Positions 38,822 through 52,110 of a DNA stretch of 64,000 nucleotides are shown here, in pieces. The stretch lies in assembly GCA_050742455.1 (NCBI GenBank), contig JBOGIG010000029.1, positions 3,455 to 67,454 on the forward strand. The letters run 5' to 3'. How positions within the stretch are numbered: the stretch's first letter is position 1; every line of letters begins with the position of its first letter. The notes under the pieces are model-generated. The model saw only the letters and a list, made by a program, of their open reading frames with translations, was not told where the DNA came from and ran no database searches. The DNA comes from Acidimicrobiales bacterium. Its GTDB lineage: Bacteria; Actinomycetota; Acidimicrobiia; Acidimicrobiales; JBOGIG01. Position numbers and translations under genes: made by a program.

Positions 38822-41139
38822 TCCCCGGCGGGAGTCAGAGCGCAGCGCCATGCCTCTCGGGCCTGTTCCATGGCCAGATCCAACAGGCCATCGATCACCA
38901 ACCGGTCGCCACCGGCACGCCCGAGCTCTCGCCAACCCAGCCCGGCCCCCTCCACTGCCGCCCGGAGTGTCTCCACCTCGTCGTCGGCCACACAGATGAC
39001 CACCCTGGAAGGCGCCTCGTTGAACAGGTCGCCATGACCCCTGACACCCGAAACGTGAAATCCGACTTGGGACCGGACCGCCATCTCGGCCAGGGCCAGA
39101 CCCAAACCGCCATCCGAGATGTCATGAATGCCGCCCAGGGATGGGGCGCCGTGCGGGAACCGAGAACCTCCGAGCGGTGGGACGCCGTCTTGGGTCTGGG
39201 GGTCAGACGCAACCTGGGCCGCGACCAATCCGGCCACGAACTGGATCAGGGTCGCGTGAACCACCAGGTCAACCTGGAGCAGCCGACCGCCCCGGTGGCT
39301 CCGCTGTCCGACGGCCCAGCGCGACCCGGCCAGGTTGGGGGGGCCGTGGGTGGCACCCACCATGACCAGGCGCTGGCCATCGACCAGGCCCACTCCCGGT
39401 GGGCGACGGCTTAGATCGGCGATCAGACCTACCGTCCCGATCACCGGGGTGGGGTGGATGTCGACCCCGCCGCTCTCGTTGTAGAAGCTCACGTTGCCCC
39501 CCACCACGGGCAGGCCCAGGCCGACACAGGCCTCGGCCATGCCGTCGATCGACTCCGACAGTTGCCACATCACCTCGGGGTGTTCGGGGTTACCAAAGTT
39601 CAGGCAATTGACCACTGCTGCCGGCGTGGCCCCGGCACAGGCAACGTTGAGTGCTGACTCGGCCACCAGCATCGCCGTTCCACGTCGTGGATCGTTGGAG
39701 CACCACGCCGAGTTGCCGTCGGTGGACAGGGCCAGCCCCTTTCCCGTGTCGGGCAGGCCGGGGGCCGCCAGGCGGATCACCGCGGCGTCCCCACCGGGAC
39801 CCTCGACGGTATTGAGGAACAGCTGATGGTCGTACTGGCGGAAGATCCACGACGGGTCCACCAGCATGGCCAGGACATCGGCGCCACAGTCGAGTGGTGC
39901 GGCCAGGTCGCTTGGGTCGTTCGACCAGCGAGCTTCCTGGTCGGGCGGGGGCGCCATCGGCCGGTGGTAGACCGGGCCGTCGTCGGCCAGCGATGGGGCC
40001 GGTACGTCGGCCAGGACATCACCGTCCCAGTCCGACAGCACCCGTAGACGCCCGGGGCCGTCGGCCGCAGCGGTCACCCGGCCCACAACCGCGGCATTGA
40101 TCTCCCATCGGCCACAAATCTCTTTCACCCGGTCGAGTGAGGCAGGCTCGACGATGGCCAGCATCCTTTCCTGGCTCTCCGACGTCATCACCTCGAAAGC
40201 CTCCATGCCCTCTTCCCGGCGGGGCACGGCGGCCAGGTTCACATCCATTCCCACCCCACCGCGCGATGCCGTCTCGGAAGTGGCGCAGGTCAGGCCCGCT
40301 CCCCCCAGGTCTTGAACGCCCACCACCAAACCGGTGTCTAGGAGCTCCAGGCAGGCCTCGATCAGGCGCTTTTCCTCGAACGGGTCCCCAACCTGGACGC
40401 TGGGACGCTTCGAGGTGTCGTCACTGAACCCAGCCGAGGCCAGGACGCTGACTCCTCCGATGCCGTCGCGCCCGGTGGCCGACCCCAGCAGCACGGCCAG
40501 GTTGCCCGGCCCGCTGGCCCGGGCCAGAACCAGGCGGGAAGTAGGCATGACGCCCAGGCATAGGACATTGACCAAGGGGTTGGCGGAATAGCACAGGTCG
40601 AACTCGATCTCGCCCCCCAGCGTGGGCACCCCCACCGAGTTCCCGTAGCCGGAGATACCCGATACCACCCCCTCCAACATCCAGCGGGACCGGGGATCGT
40701 CGGGGGGCCCGAAGCGAAGGGGGTCCATGATGGCTATGGGGCGGGCACCCATGGTGAAGATGTCCCTCAGGATCCCGCCCACGCCGGTGGCCGCCCCCTG
40801 GTAGGGCTCCAAGGCGGAAGGGTGGTTGTGACTCTCGATTCGAAGGGCCACCGCCACCCCTTCCCCGGCATCGATGACCCCGGCGTTCTCGCCCGGACCG
40901 ACCAGAACACCTGGACCCGAGGTGGGCAAGCGCTTCAGATGAACCCTGGATGATTTGTAGGAGCAGTGCTCGCTCCACATCACGGCATACATGGCCAACT
41001 CCAAGTGGTTGGGTCGGCGCCCCAGGATGTCCTCAATCCGCTCGGCTTCGGCGTCCGACAGCCCCAGCATGAGATGGATGGACTCGCCCATTCCCCCCAC
41101 CGTAATCGAGCCCACCACCAGGTTCGGATTGCTCCCCAT
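38818..41139 (-). CDS. purL: Phosphoribosylformylglycinamidine synthase subunit PurL
   Basis: LGLSDAEAERIEDILGRRPNHLELAMYAVMWSEHCSYKSS... I chose the start at internal ATG 41139; 41091 and 41223 are also in frame. Confidence 0.9.
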   Translation of the reverse strand: MGSNPNLVVGSITVGGMGESIHLMLGLSDAEAERIEDILGRRPNHLELAMYAVMWSEHCSYKSSRVHLKRLPTSGPGVLVGPGENAGVIDAGEGVAVALRIESHNHPSALEPYQGAATGVGGILRDIFTMGARPIAIMDPLRFGPPDDPRSRWMLEGVVSGISGYGNSVGVPTLGGEIEFDLCYSANPLVNVLCLGVMPTSRLVLARASGPGNLAVLLGSATGRDGIGGVSVLASAGFSDDTSKRPSVQVGDPFEEKRLIEACLELLDTGLVVGVQDLGGAGLTCATSETASRGGVGMDVNLAAVPRREEGMEAFEVMTSESQERMLAIVEPASLDRVKEICGRWEINAAVVGRVTAAADGPGRLRVLSDWDGDVLADVPAPSLADDGPVYHRPMAPPPDQEARWSNDPSDLAAPLDCGADVLAMLVDPSWIFRQYDHQLFLNTVEGPGGDAAVIRLAAPGLPDTGKGLALSTDGNSAWCSNDPRRGTAMLVAESALNVACAGATPAAVVNCLNFGNPEHPEVMWQLSESIDGMAEACVGLGLPVVGGNVSFYNESGGVDIHPTPVIGTVGLIADLSRRPPGVGLVDGQRLVMVGATHGPPNLAGSRWAVGQRSHRGGRLLQVDLVVHATLIQFVAGLVAAQVASDPQTQDGVPPLGGSRFPHGAPSLGGIHDISDGGLGLALAEMAVRSQVGFHVSGVRGHGDLFNEAPSRVVICVADDEVETLRAAVEGAGLGWRELGRAGGDRLVIDGLLDLAMEQAREAWRCALTPAGD

Positions 41140-41222
41140 CGTTGGACGGTGGGGTTGATTCGACAGCAAAGATACGAAATACTTATCAAATGCCACGATC
41201 ATCCAAGGCAGATAAAGTCTCA

Positions 41223-41618
41223 ATGACGATCCAGCACAAAGAAGCTCTGGCCGTCGGTCGAGAGCAAAGTCGTGCCGTTCGCCGCTACCTGGAAGCGCTG
41301 GAACAGAACCGGCCCAAACGGGGGAGAAAGCGCACGACGGAGTCGGTGGAGCGTCAGCTTCGAACCGTGGTGGAGAGCCTCAAATCTGCGGAACCTCTTC
41401 GTCGACTCAACCTCCTGCAAAAGAAACGGGACCTCGAAGCAGAGCTGGGCCATACGGAAGAAGGCGTCGACATAGTGGCCCTGGAAAGGGACTTCGTGGC
41501 CGCCGCCGCCGCCTATGGCGCCCGCAAGGGGATCAGCTATGCCTCCTGGCGGGAGGTAGGGGTTGACTCGACCGTCCTGCGACGGGCCGGCATCGCCCGC
41601 ACCAGGACTTTGAAGTAG
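41223..41618 (+). CDS. Lys/Arg-rich hypothetical protein (131 aa)
   Basis: The internal ATG of ORF 41142..41618 gives MTIQHKEALAVGREQSRAVRRYLEALEQNRPKRGRKR..., with coiled-coil character. Its last 82 nt overlap the purQ 3' end on the other strand, so coding status is uncertain. Confidence 0.35.
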   Translation: MTIQHKEALAVGREQSRAVRRYLEALEQNRPKRGRKRTTESVERQLRTVVESLKSAEPLRRLNLLQKKRDLEAELGHTEEGVDIVALERDFVAAAAAYGARKGISYASWREVGVDSTVLRRAGIARTRTLK

Positions 41619-42262
41619 CTCTCCAAGACGAGGGCGCCATCGGCGCCGCCGAGTAGGGCCGACCAACTACGCTCAGGATGGGGCATTATCCCCGTCACAT
41701 TTCCCTCGGCGTTGCAAACGCCGGCGATGTCCCCCATCGAGCCGTTGGGATTGTCGACGTAGCGCAGAACCACCCGATCGTCGGCCTCCAATTCATCCAA
41801 GGTTCGACGGTCACATGTGTAGTTACCTTCAAAATGGTTGATAGCCAATTTGATCCTCTGGCCCGGGACAAGACTCGATGTCAATGCGCTGATCCTGGAG
41901 GCAACCGTCAAATCCACCTCGTCACATATGAATCGCAATCCGCGGTTCTTCTGCAGGGCGCCGGGAAGTAGTCCGGCTTCGGTGAGAATCTGAAAGCCGT
42001 TGCAAATACCCAAAACTTGTCCCCCGGCGGCGGCAAAGTCGTTCACCGCTCCCATCACCGGGGAGAATCGGGCAATGGCGCCGGGGCGAAGGTAGTCCCC
42101 GTGGGCGAAGCCTCCGGGAAGGATGACGGCGTCATAGTCACTGAGGTCGGTATGGCGATGCCAGATGATGGTGGCCGAGGCGCCCAACCCGGTCACAGCG
42201 GCGATTACGTCGTGCTCGCAGTTCGATCCGGGAAACTGAACGACGCCGATGTGGACAGTCAC
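41537..42262 (-). CDS. purQ: Phosphoribosylformylglycinamidine synthase glutaminase subunit PurQ
   Basis: GVVQFPGSNCEHD, GICNGFQIL, MPHPER. A non-conserved-looking C-terminal tail of about 20 aa is present. Confidence 0.9.
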   Translation of the reverse strand: MTVHIGVVQFPGSNCEHDVIAAVTGLGASATIIWHRHTDLSDYDAVILPGGFAHGDYLRPGAIARFSPVMGAVNDFAAAGGQVLGICNGFQILTEAGLLPGALQKNRGLRFICDEVDLTVASRISALTSSLVPGQRIKLAINHFEGNYTCDRRTLDELEADDRVVLRYVDNPNGSMGDIAGVCNAEGNVTGIMPHPERSWSALLGGADGALVLESYFKVLVRAMPARRRTVESTPTSRQEA

Positions 42263-42281
42263 AGTCGGATCCGCACTCCCG

Positions 42282-42323
42282 GGACACCCGGGACACCCGA
42301 GACACCCGAGACACCCGAGGACA
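42282..42323. repeat. Tandem repeat, 9 bp x about 4.5 (GGACACCCG x2, AGACACCCG x2, partial)
   Basis: Read directly. It lies in the 76-nt gap between the purS stop and the purQ start. Confidence 0.9.
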
Positions 42324-42338
42324 GCAGGGGGACGATTT

Positions 42339-42593
42339 TCACATGACCGTGATGATGTTCACGTGACTGTCCTCGATGACGGGATTGGTCAGAAAACGAT
42401 CGCACATGGCGGCCACCTCGGATTCGGCCGCCTGGGTACTTGGGGCTTCCAGTTCGAAACGGATAGCCTTGCCCACCCGAACGGACTGGACACCCTCGAA
42501 TCCGAGTGCGGGCAATGACTTTTGCACCGTGGCCCCGGCCGGGTCGGCCACTCCGGACCGCAGTTGCACTTCGACCAACACGGAGAATCTCAT
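42339..42593 (-). CDS. purS: Phosphoribosylformylglycinamidine synthase subunit PurS
   Basis: 84 aa: VEVQLRSGVADPAGATVQKSLPALGF...FLTNPVIE. Confidence 0.85.
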   Translation of the reverse strand: MRFSVLVEVQLRSGVADPAGATVQKSLPALGFEGVQSVRVGKAIRFELEAPSTQAAESEVAAMCDRFLTNPVIEDSHVNIITVM

Positions 42594-42597
42594 CAGG

Positions 42598-43506
42598 TCA
42601 GGCGCCCCACCACTGGGTCAGAGCCAATCCGGATAGGCGTTCGTAGGCCTGCACGTAGCGGTCACTGGTGGCCTGGACCACCTCGGAGGGAAGGGTGGGA
42701 GGGGGCGGTACCTTGTTCCAACCGGTCGATTCAAGCCAGTCCCGTACCGGCTGCTTGTCGAATGAGGGACAGGTCCGGCCCGGGACGTAGGAGTCGGCCG
42801 GCCAGAACCGGGATGAGTCCGGTGTCAATAACTCGTCGCACAGGGCCAGCTCACCGTCGATCAGGCCCAGCTCGAATTTCGTGTCAGCCATGATGATCCC
42901 CTGGTCGGCCGCCCTCTGCGCTCCGCGCTCGTAGGCGGCCAGGCAAATCTGGCGGGCCCGATCGGCCAATGGCCCACCCACCAGGGCCACGGCCTGGTCG
43001 TAGTCGATGTTCTCGTCATGGCCGGACTCGGCCTTGGTGGACGGGGTGAACATGGGTTCGGGCAAGCGGTCCGATTCCACCAGACCTGAGGGGGCGGCCA
43101 TGGAATGAATCGTTCCCGACTGCTGATATTCCTTCCAGGCCGACCCAGATAGGTACCCCCGCACGATGCACTCGATGGGCAACATCTTGGCCCGGCGCAC
43201 CACCATGGCCCGGCCGGAGGCACCGGCCGGCGCATCGGAGGGGAAGGCGGCCGGGTCGGTGTCCACCAGGTGGTTGGGGGCGATATCGGAAAGCTCGGAG
43301 AACCAATAAGTCGACAGGGCGGTAAGGACCCGCCCCTTGTGCAATATGGGTTCGTCTAACACCACGTCGAAAGCCGACAAGCGGTCGCTGGCCACCATGA
43401 ACAACCGTTCGTCGCCGAGGTCGTAGATGTCGCGGACCTTGCCCGAATAGATCAATTCCAACCGATTACTCCAATTCATCCAAGGCGTCGATGACGCGAC
43501 CGGCAT
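42598..43506 (-). CDS. purC: SAICAR synthetase
   Basis: LIYSGKVRDIYDLGDERLFMVASDRLSAFDVVL. The start may be the internal ATG at 43479. Confidence 0.9.
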   Translation of the reverse strand: MPVASSTPWMNWSNRLELIYSGKVRDIYDLGDERLFMVASDRLSAFDVVLDEPILHKGRVLTALSTYWFSELSDIAPNHLVDTDPAAFPSDAPAGASGRAMVVRRAKMLPIECIVRGYLSGSAWKEYQQSGTIHSMAAPSGLVESDRLPEPMFTPSTKAESGHDENIDYDQAVALVGGPLADRARQICLAAYERGAQRAADQGIIMADTKFELGLIDGELALCDELLTPDSSRFWPADSYVPGRTCPSFDKQPVRDWLESTGWNKVPPPPTLPSEVVQATSDRYVQAYERLSGLALTQWWGA

Positions 43507-44770
43507 GGGTCAGGGAACGCTCCAGACTGAAGGCCTGATCCAGCTCGGCCGGTCCGATCCCGACCTCGGGGTCCCCTTCGAGTACGGAGCGAAATGATCT
43601 GCCCTCGCCCCAGGCGGTGGAGGCATCGCGCTGAACGATGCGATAGGCATCGTCCCGGGCCATGCCTGACTCCACCATGGCGAGCAGAACGGGCTGGGAG
43701 AAGACCAGCCCGTGGGTCAGCCCAAGGTTACGGGTCATGGCCTCGGGATGAATGACCAGGCCTTCGACAAGTCCGGACATCTTTTTCAACATGTAGTAGG
43801 CCACCAGACTGGCGTCGGGCAGGATGATCCGTTCCACCGAGGAGTGAGAAATATCGCGCTCGTGCCACAGTGCCACGTCCTCCAAGCCGGCGCCGAGATA
43901 GCCCCGCAGGACCCGGGCCAATCCCACCAGGCGTTCGGAAAGGATGGGATTACGCTTGTGGGGCATGGCCGAACTCCCCTTCTGGCCCTCACGGAATGCC
44001 TCGGTGGCCTCGCCCACCTCGCTGCGTTGCAGGTGACGGATCTCGGTGGCAAAGGCCTCGATGCTCGCCCCTGTGCAGGCGCAAGCCCACAGATACTCGG
44101 CGTGGCGGTCACGGGCCAGCACCTGGGTAGCGGGTACCGCCACCAGATCCAGGGCGGCACAGACATGAGCCTCCACCCTGGGGTCGATGTTGGAGTAAGT
44201 CCCCACCGCCCCGGACAGCTTCCCTACCGCCACCCCGGCTCGGGCCGAGCGCAACCGTGCCCGGTCCCGATCGGCCTGCAGGCACCACAGGGCCAGCTTG
44301 GCCCCCATGGTGGTCGGTTCGGCGTGAATACCGTGCGTACGCCCGACCACGGCTACCTGGGCCCACTCTCGGGCCCGGCGACGAAGGACGTCGACCAATT
44401 CGGAAGATGCCTCGATCAAGAGGTCACAGGCCCTGACCAAGGTGGCCGATAGGGCGGTGTCGACCACATCGGAAGAGGTCAACCCGTAGTGGAGCCAGGC
44501 CCCCTCAGGCGAAGCGATGGCGGCTTGAACCACGTCGACGAATGCGGCAACGTCATGGTCGGTCACCTTCTCCCGTTCGGCAATGGCCCTCACCAATTTG
44601 GCGTCCACCACCGGGGCCGCTTTGCGCACCAGGTGGACATCCGAGGTGGGAATCGTCCCGATCTCCGCCCAGCCTTCGAGGGCCAGCAGCTCCACTTCCA
44701 GCATTAGGGCGAACCTGGCCTCATCGCTGAAAAGGTTCGACATCTCCTCCAGGCTGTAGCGGGGGATCAT
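43466..44770 (-). CDS. purB: Adenylosuccinate lyase
   Basis: MIPRYSLEEMSNLFSDEARF...GSSAMPHKRNP signature. Confidence 0.9.
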   Translation of the reverse strand: MIPRYSLEEMSNLFSDEARFALMLEVELLALEGWAEIGTIPTSDVHLVRKAAPVVDAKLVRAIAEREKVTDHDVAAFVDVVQAAIASPEGAWLHYGLTSSDVVDTALSATLVRACDLLIEASSELVDVLRRRAREWAQVAVVGRTHGIHAEPTTMGAKLALWCLQADRDRARLRSARAGVAVGKLSGAVGTYSNIDPRVEAHVCAALDLVAVPATQVLARDRHAEYLWACACTGASIEAFATEIRHLQRSEVGEATEAFREGQKGSSAMPHKRNPILSERLVGLARVLRGYLGAGLEDVALWHERDISHSSVERIILPDASLVAYYMLKKMSGLVEGLVIHPEAMTRNLGLTHGLVFSQPVLLAMVESGMARDDAYRIVQRDASTAWGEGRSFRSVLEGDPEVGIGPAELDQAFSLERSLTHAGRVIDALDELE

Positions 44771-45217
44771 CTATCGGGCCCCCGCAGCGCGGAACTCGTC
44801 GAGTCGCTTGGACATGGCCTCGTCGGCGATGGAGACCATCTCGACCACCAGTACGGCGGCATTGGCCGCGCCGTCGATGGCCACGGTGGCCACCGGGATT
44901 CCCCTGGGCATCTGAACGGTGGCGTAAAGGGCGTCCACCCCACCCAGGGCCCCACCCGACAAAGGAACTCCGACCACGGGGAGGGTGGTGTGGGCGGCCA
45001 CCACGCCGGCCAGATGGGCAGCCATGCCCGCCCCACAAATGATGGCCGAGTAGCCATTCGACCGGGCCTCCCGCGCGAAGACGGCAACCTGATCTGGATT
45101 GCGATGAGCCGACATGACGCGTTCGTCGGGTTCGATGCCGAACCGGGTCAGCATCTCGCCGGCCGGAGCCATCTTGTCGTGATCACGGGGCGAACCCATG
45201 ACAATCGCCACTTTCAC
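44771..45217 (-). CDS. purE: N5-carboxyaminoimidazole ribonucleotide mutase
   Basis: KVAIVMGSPRDHDKM...VMSAHRNPD...AGMAAHLAGVVAA. Confidence 0.85.
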   Translation of the reverse strand: MKVAIVMGSPRDHDKMAPAGEMLTRFGIEPDERVMSAHRNPDQVAVFAREARSNGYSAIICGAGMAAHLAGVVAAHTTLPVVGVPLSGGALGGVDALYATVQMPRGIPVATVAIDGAANAAVLVVEMVSIADEAMSKRLDEFRAAGAR

Positions 45218-45239
45218 TGCCCGCTTGCTCCTTTTGTAA

Positions 45240-47986
<2,747 letters not shown>

Positions 47987-50509
47987 TCAGGGGTCGATCC
48001 GGACGTCCAGGGTCAATCCCGAGGTCCCCGAGTCCACGATGATCGTGTCGCCGTCGCTGAACCGACCCTCCAGCAGGGCGAGGGCCAGCTTGTCGGACAG
48101 CTCTCGCTGCATCACCCGACGAAGGGGTCGAGCCCCATAGTCGGGGTCATAACCCAGCTCCGCCAGGCGGTCCACTGCGGCGTCGGTGACCTCCAGGACC
48201 AGGCGCCGGGGTGCCAGCCGATCCTTCAGCCGCCCCAACTGGATCTCCACGATGCGCCTGATGTCTTCCCGGGTAAGCGCGGTGAACCTGATGATCTCAT
48301 CGATGCGATTTATGAACTCGGGTTTGAAGAACCCTGCCGGGTCGCCCGAAAGATTCGACGTCATTATCAGCACAGCGTTGGTGAAGTCCACCGTCCGTCC
48401 CTGCCCATCGGTCAGTCGACCGTCGTCGAGGACCTGGAGCAGGATGTCGAATACATCGGGGTGGGCCTTTTCCACTTCGTCCAGGAGCACCACGCTGTAG
48501 GGGCGCCGCCTCACCGCTTCGGTCAGCTGGCCTCCTTCGTCATAGCCAACGTAACCAGGGGGCGCCCCCACCAAGCGGGCCACCGAATGACGCTCGGAGT
48601 ATTCGCCCATATCGATGCGGACCATGGCCCGTTCGTCGTCGAACAGGAAGAAGGCCAGGGCCCGAGCCAGCTCCGTCTTGCCGACCCCGGTCGGACCGAG
48701 AAACAGAAAGGACCCGATGGGCCGGTTGGGGTCGGATAGGCCCGAGCGGCTCCGGCGGATGGCATTGGCCACCGCGCTCACTGCCGGAGCCTGGCCCACC
48801 ACCCGGGCCCCCAGCACTTCCTCTGCCCTGATGAGCTTGTCCACCTCACCTTCCATGAGCCGCGCTACCGGCACGCCGGTCCACCTGCTGACCACGTCGG
48901 CCACGTCCTCGGCGTCCACCTCCTCCTTGAGCATCTTCTGATCGGCCTGCAGGCCGGCCAGCTCTGCGGTGGCCAACGTGATTTGTTCCTCGATTGAGGG
49001 GACCTGGCCATAGCGGATCTCTGATGCCCGAGCCAGGTCACCGTCCCGCTCGTGGCGCTCAGCCAGACCGCGGGCCGCCTCCAACTCCTCCCTCAGAGAG
49101 CGTATGGACGAGATGGCGCCAGACTCGGCATTCCACTGAGCGGTCAGTGCGCCCGATTCCTCCCTCAGGTTGGCCTGCTCCTCATCGAGGCGGCCCAACC
49201 GTTCGACCGATGCCGCATCGGTCTCCTTGGCCAGCGCCACCCGTTCGATTTCCAGCTGGCGGATGCGGCGGTCAACAACGTCGAGCTCGGTCGGAACGGA
49301 GTCGATCTCGATGCGCAGCCGACTGCCCGCCTCGTCGATGAGGTCGATGGCCTTGTCGGGCAGGTTGCGACCTGTCACGTAGCGATCAGAAAGTACTGCG
49401 GCGGCCACCAGGGCGGCGTCCTGAATCCGGACGCCGTGGTGTACTTCGTAGCGCTCGGCCAGGCCCCGCAGGATGGCGACTGTGTCGGTCACACTCGGTT
49501 GCCCGACGAACACCTGCTGGAAGCGTCTCTCCAGTGCGGCATCGGTTTCGATGCGCTTGCGGTACTCATCGAGAGTGGTGGCCCCGACCATGCGCAACTC
49601 ACCGCGGGCCAGCATGGGTTTGAGCAGGTTGGCGGCGTCCATCGACCCTTCGGCCGCACCAGTCCCCACGATGGTATGCAACTCGTCGATGAAGGTGATG
49701 ACCTGCCCAGCGGCATCGGCGATCTCCTTGAGGACGGCCTTGAATCGCTCCTCGAACTCTCCCCGGTACTTGGCCCCGGCCACCATCCCGGCTAGGTCCA
49801 GAGCCACCACCTTCTTGTCCCGCAGCCCGACGGGGACGTCACCCTGCACGATCCGATTGGCCAGACCCTCGACTATGGCGGTCTTACCCACGCCTGGCTC
49901 GCCGATCAGAACCGGATTGTTCTTGGTCCGGCGGGACAGCACCTGGATGACACGGCGGATCTCTTCGTCCCGCCCAATAACCGGATCCAACCTCCCCTGG
50001 CGGGCGTCCTCGGTCAGGTCTCGGCCGTAGCGTTCCAGAGCTCGGTAGGTGCCCTCGGGATCCTCGGAGGTGACCCGCTGGCTGCCCCTGATCTCTTTGA
50101 GTGCGGCCAATATTTCATCGCTACGCGCTCCGATGAGGTCGGCCAATGCCAGGAGCACGTGCTCAACCGACAAGTACTGGTCACCCATGTCGCCACGAAA
50201 TCCGTCCGCCCGATCCAACGCGTCTGACAGGTCGCCGGACAGGGTCGGCCTGGGTGGGTATGAGGAAGACCGGGCGGTATGCACCTGGGGAAGCCGGCCC
50301 AGTTTGGCTTCCAGCTCCCGACGCAAGTCGGGCACCGACCGGCCCAGGCGAGCCACCAGGGGCACGGCCAAGCCGTCGGGCTGGTTGAGCAAGGCCAGGA
50401 CAATGTGCTCGGGCACCACCTCGGGGTTGGAGAAGGCGAGGGCCCGCTCTGACGCATCGGCCAGGGCCTGCCTGGTCTTGACCGTCCACCTGTTGGGGTC
50501 GAGGGCCAC
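47987..50509 (-). CDS. clpB: ATP-dependent chaperone ClpB
   Basis: 840 aa with two AAA+ modules (GEPGVGKTA; GPTGVGKTE), a middle coiled coil and a Clp N-domain. Confidence 0.92.
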   Translation of the reverse strand: MALDPNRWTVKTRQALADASERALAFSNPEVVPEHIVLALLNQPDGLAVPLVARLGRSVPDLRRELEAKLGRLPQVHTARSSSYPPRPTLSGDLSDALDRADGFRGDMGDQYLSVEHVLLALADLIGARSDEILAALKEIRGSQRVTSEDPEGTYRALERYGRDLTEDARQGRLDPVIGRDEEIRRVIQVLSRRTKNNPVLIGEPGVGKTAIVEGLANRIVQGDVPVGLRDKKVVALDLAGMVAGAKYRGEFEERFKAVLKEIADAAGQVITFIDELHTIVGTGAAEGSMDAANLLKPMLARGELRMVGATTLDEYRKRIETDAALERRFQQVFVGQPSVTDTVAILRGLAERYEVHHGVRIQDAALVAAAVLSDRYVTGRNLPDKAIDLIDEAGSRLRIEIDSVPTELDVVDRRIRQLEIERVALAKETDAASVERLGRLDEEQANLREESGALTAQWNAESGAISSIRSLREELEAARGLAERHERDGDLARASEIRYGQVPSIEEQITLATAELAGLQADQKMLKEEVDAEDVADVVSRWTGVPVARLMEGEVDKLIRAEEVLGARVVGQAPAVSAVANAIRRSRSGLSDPNRPIGSFLFLGPTGVGKTELARALAFFLFDDERAMVRIDMGEYSERHSVARLVGAPPGYVGYDEGGQLTEAVRRRPYSVVLLDEVEKAHPDVFDILLQVLDDGRLTDGQGRTVDFTNAVLIMTSNLSGDPAGFFKPEFINRIDEIIRFTALTREDIRRIVEIQLGRLKDRLAPRRLVLEVTDAAVDRLAELGYDPDYGARPLRRVMQRELSDKLALALLEGRFSDGDTIIVDSGTSGLTLDVRIDP

Positions 50510-50510
50510 G

Positions 50511-50927
50511 TCAGTGCCAAGGCCTCGGGAGCGACGAGCCCACGAACACCGCTGGGGCCTGACTCAGAGGCACGAGATCGCGCCGGTATTGGCGGTGGGT
50601 ACGAGCCACCGCCTCAGCCCCGGCCCGGCGAAGCTCGATGACCTCGAGCTGGAGGCGGGCCACCTCGGCCTCCAGGGCCAGGACCCTTTTGACGCCTTCC
50701 AGGTTGAGTCCGGCGTTGGTCAGGTCCAGGATGCGCCTGAGCTGGGCGATGTCGGCCTGGGAATAGCGCCTGCTCCCCCCTCCCGTCCGGGCCGGGTCCA
50801 ACAGTCCCCGGCGCTCGTAGATGCGCAGGGTCTGAGGGTGCAGCCCGGCCAGTTCGGCCGCCACCGATATGACAAACACCCCGGCAGTGTCAGGCATAGA
50901 GACAAATCCGTCCTCAAACATCATCAC
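50511..50927 (-). CDS. hspR: MerR-family heat-shock repressor HspR
   Basis: [43 protein letters not shown]. It sits after dnaJ. Confidence 0.85.
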   Translation of the reverse strand: MMMFEDGFVSMPDTAGVFVISVAAELAGLHPQTLRIYERRGLLDPARTGGGSRRYSQADIAQLRRILDLTNAGLNLEGVKRVLALEAEVARLQLEVIELRRAGAEAVARTHRQYRRDLVPLSQAPAVFVGSSLPRPWH

Positions 50928-52036
50928 GCTCCTAGGTATTCGCGGGGAGAGGGGCCCGACACCTTGTCCAGGGCCTGGATGGCCCGGCGCTGCTCCTCGG
51001 TCAATTCGCTCGGTACGATGACCTCCACCGTTACGAGGAGGTCCCCCGCTCCTCCGGATCGGGGTGCGCCCCGACCGGCGACCCGGAAGGTTCGCCCCGA
51101 TCGAGTGCCGGCCGGGACCTTGAGCGTTACCGGCGCGTCCATGGTGGGCACGGTGACAGATGCACCGAGAGCGGCCTCGGGAAACGTCACCGGCACGGTG
51201 ATTGTCAGGTTCGATCCCCGACGGCCAAACACGTCATGGGGACCGACCCGAACGGTGACGAACAGGTGACCCGGGGGGCCACCATTACGGCCTACGGCGC
51301 CACGGGACTTGATCCTGATTCGTTGGCCGTCCTCCACTCCCGGCGGTATGCGAACCTTGACTTTGCGAGCCCGATGCTCGATACCCCGGCCACCACAGGT
51401 GGCACAGGGACGCTCGATGATCGATCCTCGCCCGGCACAAGTGGCACAGGGCTGAGAAAAGGAGAAGACGCCCTGGTTTTCCTCGACCAGTCCCCTTCCC
51501 CGGCAGGTGGGACAGGTACTGGGAGAGCTTCCCGGCGCCGCTCCCGTCCCGTTACATGTAGAGCAGGCCGCATCGCTGGTCAGGTTCACCGCCGTTGTCA
51601 CCCCTCCGATGGCATCGGCAAACGATAGGTAGAGCTCGGCCTCGAGATCTTCACCCCGCTGAGGAGCACCCGCCCCCGGACCGCGACCGGCGCCGCCCCG
51701 GTTCCGGCCGAAGAGGCCCCCGAGAAGATCGCCCAGATCGCTTACCTGGAAATTGAACCCGCCGGCGCCGCCCGAACCTCCTGGACCAAACCCGCCCATC
51801 CCCACCGGGCCCATCCTTCGGACTTCGTCGTACTCTTTTCGCTTGTCGGCGTCCCCCAGCACGTCATAGGCGGACGAGATGTCCTTGAAACGGTCCTCAG
51901 CGCCAGGGTTGGCATCGGGGTGGAACTTCTTGGCCAGCTTGCGGTATGCGCTGGTTATCTCCCGGGGCGTAGCCGAGTCCGACACACCCAGGGTTTTGTA
52001 ATAATCCTTCTCGAACCACTCCCGTTGCGGGCTCAC
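50924..52036 (-). CDS. dnaJ: Co-chaperone DnaJ
   Basis: J-domain with HPD (KFHPDANP), a G/F-rich linker and four CxxCxGxG zinc-finger motifs. Confidence 0.92.
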   Translation of the reverse strand: MSPQREWFEKDYYKTLGVSDSATPREITSAYRKLAKKFHPDANPGAEDRFKDISSAYDVLGDADKRKEYDEVRRMGPVGMGGFGPGGSGGAGGFNFQVSDLGDLLGGLFGRNRGGAGRGPGAGAPQRGEDLEAELYLSFADAIGGVTTAVNLTSDAACSTCNGTGAAPGSSPSTCPTCRGRGLVEENQGVFSFSQPCATCAGRGSIIERPCATCGGRGIEHRARKVKVRIPPGVEDGQRIRIKSRGAVGRNGGPPGHLFVTVRVGPHDVFGRRGSNLTITVPVTFPEAALGASVTVPTMDAPVTLKVPAGTRSGRTFRVAGRGAPRSGGAGDLLVTVEVIVPSELTEEQRRAIQALDKVSGPSPREYLGA

Positions 52037-52110
52037 TCTGGCTTCGCCGTCCTGTCAGTCGTTGCTCTCCGTTGCTTGCCGGATACTCTCCGTTGCACTC
52101 CGGATCTCGT

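Noticed and set aside
50049-51269. 406-aa plus-strand ORF
   Set aside because: It is antisense to clpB, hspR and dnaJ, and crosses three well-supported genes.
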